A stretch of 46,879 bases of DNA from Rhodothermales bacterium (lineage in GTDB: Bacteria; Bacteroidota; Rhodothermia; Rhodothermales; VXPQ01): the NCBI GenBank assembly GCA_040904565.1, contig JBBDTI010000025.1, positions 1 to 46,879 on the forward strand. Direction: 5' to 3'. The notes under the pieces were generated by a model, which saw nothing but the letters and a program-made list of their open reading frames with translations, searched no databases and was not told where the DNA came from. Every line of letters begins with the position of its first letter. Position 1 is the first letter of the stretch. Below, piece by piece: positions 37,023 through 46,115 of the stretch. A program made the position numbers and the translations under genes.

Positions 37023-38624
37023 CTAGTGCCGGAAGTGGCGATTACCGGTAAATACCATCGCCATGCCGTGTTCGTTCGCGGCTTCAATCACTTCGTCGTC
37101 GCGAATGGAACCGCCGGGTTGGATGGCGGCTCGCGCCCCGTTGCGGGCGGCCTCGATCAATCCGTCGGCAAAGGGAAAGAAGGCATCCGACGCCACCACG
37201 GAGCCCGCGAAGTCGAGCTCCGATTTCTCGCCCTTCATCACGGCCAGTTCGGACGAATCGATACGGCTCATCTGTCCGGCCCCGATACCGAGCGTCCGAC
37301 GGCCGCCGGCATAGACGATGGCATTGCTCTTCACGTGCTTGACGACGCGCCAGCCGAAATCGAGGTCCTGCCACTCGGCCTCCGAGGGCGTTCGCTGCGT
37401 TACCACGCGCATCCGCTTTTGAAGTTCGCGGCGACCGGGTAGGGCGGGGTCTCTGGACTGAACCAGGAGGCCTCCGGTTACGCTTCGGACATCCGGACGC
37501 CGATCGTCGCGGGCGGGATTCAGCGAGCGAACCAGTCGCCTGTTCTTCTTTTGCTGGAGGAAGTCGAGGACGCCGTCCTCGAAGTCCGGTGCGATGATGA
37601 TTTCCGTGAAGATCTCGTCGATGGCTTCCGCCGTGTCGCGGTCCAGTGCGCGATTCACGACGACGATGCCGCCGAAGGGCGACTGCCGGTCGGTGGCGAA
37701 GGCCCGGCTGTAGGCCTCCGGCAATGTATCGGCCATGGCTACGCCACACGGATTGGTGTGTTTGAGTATGGCACAGGCCGGCACGTCCGCGGAGAATTCG
37801 TCGACGAGCTGCAGCGCGGCGCTCAGGTCGATGAGGTTGTTGAAGGAGAGGTCTTTTCCGTGCAGCTTTTCGTAGAACGGCGAAGTGTCGCCGTACAGCG
37901 CGGCCTGCTGATGGGGGTTTTCACCATACCGGAGTGCCTGCTGCCGGGGGAGGTGGATGTTGACCGTACCAGGGAGCGCTTCCGGGACATCCTCGTCAGT
38001 CCCCGATCGAGCGAAATAGTCCGTGATGGCTCGATCGTATTCCGCCGTACGCCGAAAGGCGGAGGCGGCGAGTGCGCGCCTGGTCTCCATGGTCAGCTTG
38101 CCGCCACTCGACGCGATCTCCTTCGCGACATCGTCGTACTGATCGGGCGCCGTCACGACGGCGACGAAGAAAAAGTTCTTCGCGGCGGCCCGAATCATGG
38201 TGGGTCCGCCTATGTCGATGTTTTCGACGGCTTCCGCCTCGTCGGCGCCGCGGTCGGCCGCCTGTTCGAACGGGTAGAGGTTCACGACGACGAGATCGAT
38301 AGGCTCGATGTCCAGGTCACGGAGGGCTTCCAGATCGTCCTCATCGTTGCGCCGGGCGAGGAGTCCGCCGTGCACGACGGGATGCAGCGTTTTCACGCGT
38401 CCGTCGAGTATTTCCGGATAGCCCGTAACGTTAGATACGTCCGTAACCTCGAGTCCGGCCTCTCGCAGCGTCCGCGCCGTACCTCCCGTAGAGATCAGCT
38501 CCACGCCGGCGCCGTCCAGTTGTCGAGCAAACGGTACGAGGCCCGATTTATCATACACGGATAGCAGTGCTCGTCGAATGGGATACGCGTCCTTCGGTTT
38601 GGGCAGGTCCTTTACCTTGATCAT
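37023..38624 (-). CDS. purH: Bifunctional AICAR transformylase/IMP cyclohydrolase
   Basis: [44 protein letters not shown] and RHFRH motifs. Confidence 0.99.
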   Translation of the reverse strand: MIKVKDLPKPKDAYPIRRALLSVYDKSGLVPFARQLDGAGVELISTGGTARTLREAGLEVTDVSNVTGYPEILDGRVKTLHPVVHGGLLARRNDEDDLEALRDLDIEPIDLVVVNLYPFEQAADRGADEAEAVENIDIGGPTMIRAAAKNFFFVAVVTAPDQYDDVAKEIASSGGKLTMETRRALAASAFRRTAEYDRAITDYFARSGTDEDVPEALPGTVNIHLPRQQALRYGENPHQQAALYGDTSPFYEKLHGKDLSFNNLIDLSAALQLVDEFSADVPACAILKHTNPCGVAMADTLPEAYSRAFATDRQSPFGGIVVVNRALDRDTAEAIDEIFTEIIIAPDFEDGVLDFLQQKKNRRLVRSLNPARDDRRPDVRSVTGGLLVQSRDPALPGRRELQKRMRVVTQRTPSEAEWQDLDFGWRVVKHVKSNAIVYAGGRRTLGIGAGQMSRIDSSELAVMKGEKSELDFAGSVVASDAFFPFADGLIEAARNGARAAIQPGGSIRDDEVIEAANEHGMAMVFTGNRHFRH

Positions 38625-38655
38625 GCGTGCTGACGGATTGGGCAGGTTAAGTGGA

Positions 38656-39303
38656 TTACAAAGTGGATTGCGGCGGTAGTATTCGGACGCGCCGGCCGTC
38701 TAAGTCGATCCGCCCCTGCGCGAAAAGCCGCAGAGCTTCGGGGTAGAGCCTGTGCTCGACCTTCAGGACGCGTGCAGCCACGTCGCCGGGGGTGTCGTCA
38801 GGGTAGACGGGGACGGGTTCCTGAAGCACGATCGGACCGGTGTCGTAGGCGTCCTCGACGAGGTGGACGGTGGCTCCCGTCCAGTGGACGCCGTAGTCGA
38901 CGACGGCTTCATGGACGCGTCCGCCATACATACCTTTGCCGCCGAAGGCCGGCAGAAGGGTGGGGTGAATATTCAAGATGCGATTCGGAAACCGTCGAAC
39001 GACGGGAGCCGGCACTTTCTTCAGGTATCCGGCCAGGGCGATGAAATTAGCGGCGTGTTTTTCCAGCAGCTTGAGGAGTGCGTCGGCATAGCTCGAGGAA
39101 TCTTCGTACGCATCGGGGTGCAGGACCGCGACGGGCACGCCGCGTTTGCTCGCTCGATCGAGCGCTCCGGCGGTTTCCCGATCCGATATACAGCAGACGA
39201 CGTCGATGTCCAGATCACCCGCATCTACCGCGTCGAGAATCGACTGAAAGTTGGATCCGCGTCCCGATGCGAATACGGCGACACGAAGACGGGAGGGAGT
39301 CAT
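38656..39303 (-). CDS. purN: Phosphoribosylglycinamide formyltransferase
   Basis: SGRGSNF, LAGY, NIHP, GATVHLV and DTGPI motifs. Confidence 0.98.
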   Translation of the reverse strand: MTPSRLRVAVFASGRGSNFQSILDAVDAGDLDIDVVCCISDRETAGALDRASKRGVPVAVLHPDAYEDSSSYADALLKLLEKHAANFIALAGYLKKVPAPVVRRFPNRILNIHPTLLPAFGGKGMYGGRVHEAVVDYGVHWTGATVHLVEDAYDTGPIVLQEPVPVYPDDTPGDVAARVLKVEHRLYPEALRLFAQGRIDLDGRRVRILPPQSTL

Positions 39304-39390
39304 CAGTTTCTTCTGGGAGTCATAGGCGTCTTCGTTCAGGCGTTGGCCGCTTGTCGTTCAGGCTCATTCCAGACGTTTTCCAGGCATCAT

Positions 39391-40326
39391 TCACCGTCCA
39401 TCGACGACGGGTTCCAGCACGCTCAAACGGGCAGAATCGGAATTTACCCGCAGTCTACCGCGAACTCCAACCGGTACGGTATTCTTCACTGGAAAATGAC
39501 CGTACACGAGGCCGCGAGCTACGGGATAGGGGGCGGTGGAGAGATAGTGGTCGAAGATGTCGTTCAAACTGAGGCTCGGCAGGTCGTCCGCCGGCTCACA
39601 ATCCGTAAATCCACCGAGAACGAGGCCACCGAGTCGATCGAGCAGGCCCGAAAGATGCAGCTGCGCGAACATGGCATCGATGCGGTAGGGCTCTTCTCCG
39701 ACGTCCTCCACAAAAAGAATGGCACCGTCTAGGGACGGCAGGTACGGCGTCCCCAGCAGCCGAACGATCGTTGCGAGATTGCCGCCGAGCAAGACACCGT
39801 CGATCGTGCCCTCCCGTACGGGCTGCAGCGATTCACCGCCCGGACCGAGCAAGGGATCGGGCGTGTCCCCCCGGGCGAGCGCCCAGAACAGTCGCTCGGA
39901 TGCGGCTTCGGGCTGGTCCCATTCGACGCCAACCATGGGACCCGAGAGTCCGGGCAGGCCCGCATGCTCGTACAACGCGAGGTGCAGCGCGGTGATATCG
40001 CTGTATCCGACCACGAGCTTGGGATGGGCTCGCGCGGCGTCGTAATCGATGCCCTCTAGCAGGCGCAGTGAACCATACCCGCCCCGTGCGGCGATCAGCA
40101 TCTTCACGTCGGAGCGGCGCAGGTACGCATTGAGCTCGTCGAGTCGTTCCGCGTCGGACCCGCTCAGGTATCCTCGGCGGCTGTACGAAGGGCGTCCCAC
40201 TTCTACGTCGTAGCCTCGCTCCCGTAATTGTTCGACACCGGCCTGGAAGCGCGCCATGCTTCGCGGTACGCTTGCCGGCGCAACGACTGCGATCTTGTCG
40301 CCGGGTTGGAGGGGGAGAGGCTTCAA
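39391..40326 (-). CDS. ldcA: LD-carboxypeptidase (S66)
   Basis: RGGYG, GYSDITAL, GGNL, LFVED and GH motifs. TTG start; exact start uncertain. Confidence 0.93.
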   Translation of the reverse strand: MKPLPLQPGDKIAVVAPASVPRSMARFQAGVEQLRERGYDVEVGRPSYSRRGYLSGSDAERLDELNAYLRRSDVKMLIAARGGYGSLRLLEGIDYDAARAHPKLVVGYSDITALHLALYEHAGLPGLSGPMVGVEWDQPEAASERLFWALARGDTPDPLLGPGGESLQPVREGTIDGVLLGGNLATIVRLLGTPYLPSLDGAILFVEDVGEEPYRIDAMFAQLHLSGLLDRLGGLVLGGFTDCEPADDLPSLSLNDIFDHYLSTAPYPVARGLVYGHFPVKNTVPVGVRGRLRVNSDSARLSVLEPVVDGR

Positions 40327-40395
40327 CAGGTCGAGGAGATCATGCGACAGGGATGAACGCCGGATGTGTCGGCGGCGTGATCGATGAAAGGATGC

Positions 40396-40713
40396 TCAAT
40401 CGGGTTTCCACGGCTTCGGGTCCGTCGACTTCGGGTCGGAAGCATGCGACGACTTCGGTGCATCACCCGATAACGATTCGGATGTAGCGCTCTTTTCGAG
40501 ATGCCGTATCCGGTTTTTGCGCTTTACCATCGTGGGCAAGGCGGCGAGAATGCCCACCACGACGCCCAGCGAAAACGTGATCATCAAAATGAGCGCCGTC
40601 GAGCCCGTCACATCGAAGGGGCCGAGATTAACGTTGATGGGGTCAGGATTCTGCAGGGCGAAAACGACGGCCAATACGGCTATCAGCAGGGATATTACGA
40701 GCGTGATTCGCAT
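40396..40713 (-). CDS. LapA/DUF1049 family membrane protein
   Basis: Two TM helices with the FALQN motif and a basic/coiled C-terminus. Confidence 0.8.
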   Translation of the reverse strand: MRITLVISLLIAVLAVVFALQNPDPINVNLGPFDVTGSTALILMITFSLGVVVGILAALPTMVKRKNRIRHLEKSATSESLSGDAPKSSHASDPKSTDPKPWKPD

Positions 40714-40759
40714 GGATGCGGGCTTTTGGATCGTTTGACTTTCAACAACATAATATAGA

Positions 40760-41527
40760 ATGCGCTGTAGAGCATATTTGTGCGAAGCGTGTAATGACGA
40801 AACGTTGCGTCGATTTCCGCCCGTGGCCCCATTCCGATCTTATGTAGCCGTACGACCGCCGGAGTACTGGCCACGCCCGCTCTTCCTGGCTCTCGTCGAC
40901 GCGGCGGATCGCTTCGTTCTTGCCGACACGTTCCAGTACAGCCGCCAGTCCTACCAGAATCGGACGCCGGTGCGTACCCCGCAGGGTAGTCACTGGCTGA
41001 GCGTTCCGCTGGCGGGCAATCAGCACGGCCGTCCCGTCGTCGACGTACGTATACACGGCCGGCACCGCTGGATCCGCAAGCACTGGCGGGCGCTCCACTA
41101 TAACTATCGAACGACACCCTTCTTCGCCTTCTACGAGCCGCGTCTCGCTCCGCTCTTCGATCGTGAATGGGACCGGCTTGGGCAGCTGACATGTACGTCC
41201 GTTTGCGTGCTGGCGGATCTTTTCGGTATCGATACGCCGATTGTACGGGCATCTGAGATGCCCGAATCGTCGCAGTCCATGTCCGACATACTTCGCGCAT
41301 GCGAGTCCGATCGGCTGCTTTCCGCGGAAGATACGGTGGAGGCAGACAGACAGCTGGCCGACGTACACGGGGTCGTTTCCATACAGGACCTCACCTATCA
41401 TCAAAACTTCGACGGCTTCGAGCCCGGAATGTCGGCCCTGGACCTGCTCTTTAACTACGGCCCGGAGGCGTTGGCGATGGTGCGTCGTGCGACCTACGCG
41501 GATCTTACCACGGTCCGGCAGATGTGA
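40760..41527 (+). CDS. WbqC family protein
   Basis: DTFQYSRQSYQNR, WLSVP, NYRTTPFF and YHQ...MSALDLLFNYG motifs. The real start is probably later (e.g. GTG 40823). Confidence 0.88.
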   Translation: MRCRAYLCEACNDETLRRFPPVAPFRSYVAVRPPEYWPRPLFLALVDAADRFVLADTFQYSRQSYQNRTPVRTPQGSHWLSVPLAGNQHGRPVVDVRIHGRHRWIRKHWRALHYNYRTTPFFAFYEPRLAPLFDREWDRLGQLTCTSVCVLADLFGIDTPIVRASEMPESSQSMSDILRACESDRLLSAEDTVEADRQLADVHGVVSIQDLTYHQNFDGFEPGMSALDLLFNYGPEALAMVRRATYADLTTVRQM

Positions 41528-42834
41528 CGGCATCGCCTATCGAGGCCGCGACGCAGGAGACGCGCCGTCGTACTATCTTGGACGCGTCGCAAGCCGTGTC
41601 GAGCAATCGTGATGTGGACGGTATGGCAGTACGCCGCTTGAGAAAATACTGGACGGCATCCCTCGTGCTGTTCGTCGTCGCCGTATGTACGGGCGTATTG
41701 TATCGTGCCGGACAGGCCTACGGGTTCACGGGAGGGTTGGATATGGTCAATATCCGGCATGCCCACTCGCATACCATGTATTTCGGCTGGGTGACCCCGG
41801 TCCTCTTCCTCTTCATCGGTCTGCGCGTAGGGATACAGGGCTTGGGGCGACTTCTCGCCTGGGTCATTGGAGCATCGGCCCTGGCCTACGTGCTCTTCCT
41901 GTTCTTCGGCTACCGGCCGGTAGCGATCGGACCGGTCACGATGCCCGTTTCCGTCGTCGCCGCTACACTGAATACAATCATCTGGTACGTCTTCGCGGCG
42001 GCCTACTTTCGCACGAGGGACGCGGCGGATCGCAGTCCGCCCCATCAACTGTGGGATGCGTCCCTTGCTTTCTTGCTGCTGGCGACGATCGGAGCGTTGG
42101 GGCTGGCCTTTTTGAAGCCGCTTGGGTTGGACGATCCCGTCTGGTCGATGGCATTGACCCACCTCTTTCTCGACCTGTTTTCCGAAGGCTGGTTCGTGCT
42201 CGGCGTGCTGGGCATCGCGTTCGGTCGGTTCGGCTTTCACAATGCGTCCCGATTGTTTCAGGCCGGACTGCTGCTCGTCGTCGTAGGTTTGCCGTTCACG
42301 TTTGCGATGGGAATGCCGCAGGGACTGGTTGCCGAACCGCTGCAATGGCTGGCGCGGGCGGGGAGCTTGTTCGTGGGCTGCGGATTGCTCCTGCTTGCCG
42401 CACTGCTGTGGCTTCGCATTCCCTGGCGATCCGCCTGGTTTATCCCACTCACGTTTCTGACGCTCAAGGCCCTGGGCCAGGCCACCGCCGCACTGGGTAT
42501 CGGATTCTGGCCGGCGGACCACCACGGTTTTCGTATTCTGTATCTGCACGTCATGCTTCTTGGTTTCGTCTCGTGCGTGCTGGTGGCGGAAGCACGAGCG
42601 GCGCTCGGAGTCGTATCCGACAGAGGGTTAAAGCTCTTTCTGGCCGCCGTGACGGCCGTCATTCTGTCCCTCATGCCGCTCGCCGGTATCGTACCTGCCG
42701 AGCAATGGATGTACACGACGGCAACCTGGGTGGCGATATTGCCTGCGGTTGCGGGGGCATATCTTGTCGTAGCGGGCGCTCGAGGCGGAGAGTGGACCTA
42801 CCACGGCGTGAATTCGGGCAGCGACGAGGGATAG
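41524..42834 (+). CDS. Polytopic membrane protein with conserved His motifs (heme-copper oxidase subunit I/NnrS-like appearance)
   Basis: About 12 hydrophobic segments; HAHSHTMYFGW, HLFLDLFSEGW and YLHVMLLGFVS motifs. Start uncertain (alternative ATG near 41623). Confidence 0.65.
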   Translation: MTASPIEAATQETRRRTILDASQAVSSNRDVDGMAVRRLRKYWTASLVLFVVAVCTGVLYRAGQAYGFTGGLDMVNIRHAHSHTMYFGWVTPVLFLFIGLRVGIQGLGRLLAWVIGASALAYVLFLFFGYRPVAIGPVTMPVSVVAATLNTIIWYVFAAAYFRTRDAADRSPPHQLWDASLAFLLLATIGALGLAFLKPLGLDDPVWSMALTHLFLDLFSEGWFVLGVLGIAFGRFGFHNASRLFQAGLLLVVVGLPFTFAMGMPQGLVAEPLQWLARAGSLFVGCGLLLLAALLWLRIPWRSAWFIPLTFLTLKALGQATAALGIGFWPADHHGFRILYLHVMLLGFVSCVLVAEARAALGVVSDRGLKLFLAAVTAVILSLMPLAGIVPAEQWMYTTATWVAILPAVAGAYLVVAGARGGEWTYHGVNSGSDEG

Positions 42835-42836
42835 TA

Positions 42837-44198
42837 GTGATCGAGCCCGCATCATCACGGCGCGCGTTGATTGGAGACGCGGAGGCGATTTTCCGGGCGG
42901 GCCTTCGCGCCGTTCAGGCAGATCGGCTTTTAGCCGACGTTGACTGGATCTCCTGGGCACATAGAAAGCTATCCGACTACGACCGCGTGATCGTCGTCGG
43001 CATGGGCAAGGCATCCATGGCGCTGGCCGGGGAGATCGAACGACGGCTGGGGGATCGCATGACGTCCGGCTTCGTCGCGGTACCGGAAGGGCATCCGGAT
43101 TCGTTTCCGAGCGAGCTCTCGCGCCCGCACCGCATCGCCGTGATGGAGTCGGCCCATCCGGTTCCCGACGATCGCAGCGTGCAGGCGGCTCGGCGGATGC
43201 TCGACGTGGCGGCGTCGTGCGGCCCCGAAGATCTGCTGCTCGTGCTGATTTCTGGTGGAGGGTCGTCGCTCTGCACCGATTTTGCGGGGGATATTTCCCT
43301 CTCCGAGGCACAGGATACGTTTCACCTGCTGCTCGAGTCCGGGGCGGACATCCGCGCCGTCAACACCGTGAGAAAGCATCTTTCACGGATCGGCGGCGGC
43401 CGCCTGGCGGTGGCGGCCGGCGGGACGGACGTACTCGCACTCGTGGTGTCGGACGTGGTCGGTGACGATCTCTCCGTCATCGCCAGCGGCCCGACCGTGC
43501 CGGATCCGACGACGGCGAAGGACGCCGTCGCCGTGCTGCGCCAGTTCGATCTATGGGAGGCCGTAGCGCCGAGCGTTCGAACCCATCTCTCCGATGTAAT
43601 GGAGGATTCCTCTCTCGAGACACCCGACGCCGGATCAGGCTATTTCAAACGCGTGCGCACGGAACTCCTCGGCACGAACCGGCTTGCACTGGAAGCCTGC
43701 GCTCGCGAGGCCGGGCGGCGGGGCTATGCGGTGGAGATCCGCTCCTCCGAGCTGATCGGGGAAGCCCGCGATGTCGGCCGCGATCTCGTCGGTGACCTGC
43801 TCGAGGCTAAGGGGAAGCGTTGCCTGCTCTGGGGCGGTGAGACGACCGTCACCGTTACCGGGGACGGTCGGGGCGGTAGGAACCAGGAGCTTGCGCTTTC
43901 GGCCGCTCTCGCGCTCGAAGGTGCGGCCAGGCCCGTGGTGCTGTTGAGCGGCGGGACGGACGGTAGGGACGGGCCGACACCCGCGGCGGGCGGCGTCGTG
44001 ACCGACCGTACGGCCGGAGAGGCCCGGGAGGGAGGCATCGAACCGGAAGCCTATCTCGCCCGCAACGATGCGTATCATTTCCTCAAGCGGGCGGGCGGAC
44101 TTGAGCAGGCGGGCGGGGTTCAGCGGGCGGGCGGGTTGCTGATCACGGGGCCCACGCATACGAACGTGATGGATCTGCAGGTGGGAATCGTCTGCTAA
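42837..44198 (+). CDS. Glycerate 2-kinase (DUF4147/MOFRL family)
   Basis: GMGKAS, HPVPD, LISGGGS, SDVVGDD..IASGPT, GGETTV, GGRNQE, GTDGRDG and TGPTHTNVMD motifs. GTG at 42837 follows the upstream stop. Confidence 0.93.
   Translation: MIEPASSRRALIGDAEAIFRAGLRAVQADRLLADVDWISWAHRKLSDYDRVIVVGMGKASMALAGEIERRLGDRMTSGFVAVPEGHPDSFPSELSRPHRIAVMESAHPVPDDRSVQAARRMLDVAASCGPEDLLLVLISGGGSSLCTDFAGDISLSEAQDTFHLLLESGADIRAVNTVRKHLSRIGGGRLAVAAGGTDVLALVVSDVVGDDLSVIASGPTVPDPTTAKDAVAVLRQFDLWEAVAPSVRTHLSDVMEDSSLETPDAGSGYFKRVRTELLGTNRLALEACAREAGRRGYAVEIRSSELIGEARDVGRDLVGDLLEAKGKRCLLWGGETTVTVTGDGRGGRNQELALSAALALEGAARPVVLLSGGTDGRDGPTPAAGGVVTDRTAGEAREGGIEPEAYLARNDAYHFLKRAGGLEQAGGVQRAGGLLITGPTHTNVMDLQVGIVC
44086..44139. 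repeat. Imperfect 18-bp tandem triplication inside the glycerate kinase gene
   Basis: AGCGGGCGGGCGGACTTG / AGCAGGCGGGCGGGGTTC / AGCGGGCGGGCGGGTTGC, encoding RAGGLE-QAGGVQ-RAGGLL. Confidence 0.75.
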
Positions 44199-44283
44199 TC
44201 CGTAGACGCCCCCACACGCGACGACGGTCATGTAGGAGCCGCTATGGTGCGGGCTGCCGCTACGCGTGTGATCATGTATAACA

Positions 44284-44329
44284 TAAACAAAAAGCCGCAA
44301 CCCCATGATATACAAGGAATTACGGCTTT
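44284..44329 (-). terminator. Intrinsic terminator downstream of tRNA-Asp
   Basis: Minus strand AAAGCCGTAATTCC...GGGGTTGCGGCTTT followed by TTGTTTA. Confidence 0.7.
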
Positions 44330-44336
44330 ATATCAG

Positions 44337-44411
44337 CGGTCCGGACGGGACTCGAACCCGCGACCTCCTGCGTGACAGGCAGGCGTTCTAACCAAACTGA
44401 ACTACCGGACC
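44337..44411 (-). tRNA. tRNA-Asp (GTC)
   Basis: GGTCCGG acceptor stem, TAGTTCAGTTTGGTTAGAAC D arm, CCTGC-CTGTCAC-GCAGG anticodon arm, GGTTCGAGTCC T arm. CCA not encoded. Confidence 0.97.
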
Positions 44412-44816
44412 CCGTAGGGTGGATGTAGGATGTATGCTGCGTAGACGGAGCGTGGAATTCTTCGTTCCGGTCGCATCGAACATCCCCTTCTTCGCGCTAG
44501 AAATTCAAGATAAGATGCCTTTCCGACAGGGCGCAACCGGCCGTACGACATTCACGGAAAGCCCACAATGGTCGCTGCGGCTGATTAGCGGAAAGTGCCG
44601 CACACGGGTCTGCATTCTCACCTTGCGCGTCCACTGTACTTAAGCAATGCGAGTGGGTTCCGAGTGCAGATATTTTGTTTAGAGCAGTACGTTCGGTCCC
44701 AGATCTGTACAGGATCTGAGACGATGCGCGTGGTGTTCGAGGATGCGTTGCCGCCGGTTCAGCATCTTCACCGCTATTCAGACCACCCTGCGCGGTAATG
44801 CGACATGTCGGGGTTG

Positions 44817-44832
44817 CGGCAGTCTATTTGTA
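44817..44832 (+). promoter_or_regulatory. Putative sigma-54 promoter
   Basis: CGGCAGT-CTAT-TTGTA, ending 53 bp upstream of ATG 44886. Confidence 0.4.
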
Positions 44833-44885
44833 GATGCCGACGGATCCACCACCACCTGCCTAACCCCCCACCAGGGTTACCCTAT

Positions 44886-45440
44886 ATGAAAGAGGAAGAC
44901 GAGCCGAAAGATACGGCCTATCTCTCGAGTCTCTCCCTCCATAAGCTTGGAGCGTACGCTATGGAGGAAGAGTTGATCGAAGGGATAGAGATTCGGGACG
45001 ATGTCGTAACTATTGTTCAGGGCGACAACCGTTTCGTCCTGCCTCCGAAACAGGCCGCCACGTTTCTCGTGGGGATGCTCAGGGGTCGATCGTGGTTCAT
45101 ACAGCCGGGCGATCCGGAGGGTCGGCCCGCCGAGCCGGGGAGCGACCCTTCCGAACCGGGGGAAGACCCTGCCGAACCTGGACGCGACCCGGAGCATGCG
45201 GCGGATGAACCCGGCGGCGGGCAGGGCGTCCACAATCAATCTCTGGAGCGGACGCTCGATTCGTTGCTTGCCTTCGCTCAGGACGCCGGCATTCTCGATG
45301 GGTACGAGAAGGACGCGGAGACGCAGACGGTCCGTATCGACATTCCCGCCTGTTCGACGACCCTGTCTTACATCGATGCGCTCGGCTACCTTCTCGACTG
45401 TATCCAGTACGAGCTCCGAGCGTACCGAGAAGAAGAATAG
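44886..45440 (+). CDS. Hypothetical protein with two copies of a ~55-aa domain joined by a Pro-rich linker
   Basis: Acidic, globular-looking ORF. Its two halves resemble each other and 46116..46358. Linker is (PxEPGxD)3. Start set at ATG 44886; the ORF track starts at 44805. Confidence 0.75.
   Translation: MKEEDEPKDTAYLSSLSLHKLGAYAMEEELIEGIEIRDDVVTIVQGDNRFVLPPKQAATFLVGMLRGRSWFIQPGDPEGRPAEPGSDPSEPGEDPAEPGRDPEHAADEPGGGQGVHNQSLERTLDSLLAFAQDAGILDGYEKDAETQTVRIDIPACSTTLSYIDALGYLLDCIQYELRAYREEE
45126..45188 (+). repeat. Three 21-bp units encoding PAEPGSD-PSEPGED-PAEPGRD
   Basis: Read directly from the sequence, in frame with 44886. Confidence 0.85.
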
Positions 45441-45599
45441 GCAGGCCGAGACGGGCCCTGCCGTCGCGATCGGCAGGTGCCCGACCCGGTGCACGCAGCA
45501 CATCATTGATGCACCTTATAGACACCTGAAGGCCGGCATATATAACCTGTCCCGTTCCGATGTCGCGTTGAGCGCGGCTTTAGATCGATCGCTTTCTGC

Positions 45600-45626
45600 T
45601 TAAGGGGACGTGAAATCGGTCGATAC
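45600..45626 (+). promoter_or_regulatory. Putative sigma-28 (FliA) promoter of the response regulator
   Basis: TTAAG-N14-GTCGATAC (consensus TAAAG-N14-GCCGATAA), 70 bp upstream of ATG 45697. Confidence 0.5.
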
Positions 45627-45696
45627 GTCCAGTACGATCCCAACACAGGTATCCGCACAGTATCGAACCGTCGCACCGGCGAAAGCCCGCTACGCA

Positions 45697-46065
45697 ATGA
45701 AAGCATTACTTATTGAGGACAACCTCGTACTGGCTACGATCACGAGCCGGAGTCTTCAGGCTCTGCGCTTCACGCACGTGGACGTAGCGCATAACGGTGA
45801 GGAAGCACTAAAATTCCTCACGCGGCAAAAGTACAATGTCATCCTCGTCGACTGGATGCTTCCGAAGACGAGCGGGCTGGAGATCGTCAAGGCGATTCGA
45901 GCGAGCACGGATCACCACAATACGCCGATCATCATGACGACCGGCAAGAGCGAACGTCAGGACATCATCAAGGCGCTTAAGTCCGGCGTAGATTCTTATC
46001 TCGTCAAACCGATCAGTCCGCACGTTCTCAAGGACCGCATCGACAAGGTGCTGGCGACGCCCTGA
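45697..46065 (+). CDS. Single-domain CheY-like response regulator
   Basis: LLIEDN, ILVDWMLPKTSGLE (phospho-Asp), IIMTT and YLVKP motifs; no output domain. Confidence 0.92.
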   Translation: MKALLIEDNLVLATITSRSLQALRFTHVDVAHNGEEALKFLTRQKYNVILVDWMLPKTSGLEIVKAIRASTDHHNTPIIMTTGKSERQDIIKALKSGVDSYLVKPISPHVLKDRIDKVLATP

Positions 46066-46115
46066 CTGCAGCGTGCCGTCCGTACCTACCTGCCACCGTT
46101 GGTTTCGCGGGCCCC

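Noticed and set aside
40326-40398. lapA and ldcA are in the same frame, separated by one TGA (possible readthrough fusion)
   Set aside because: A 23-codon open spacer is unremarkable at this GC content, and no recoding signal is evident.
40760-41527. WbqC as part of the glycan island pathway
   Set aside because: It lies 18 kb away in housekeeping context and lacks the AA tail and sigma-54-like promoter that mark island genes.
41685-42836. 837-aa ORF suggesting a long N-terminal fusion to glycerate kinase
   Set aside because: The extension is Arg/Gly-rich off-frame translation overlapping the real membrane-protein gene. The kinase begins at about GTG 42837.
44700-44718. Inverted repeat CAGATC-N7-GATCTG as an enhancer for the 44817 promoter
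   Set aside because: Only a 6-bp arm, and no similar site was seen at the other sigma-54-like promoters.
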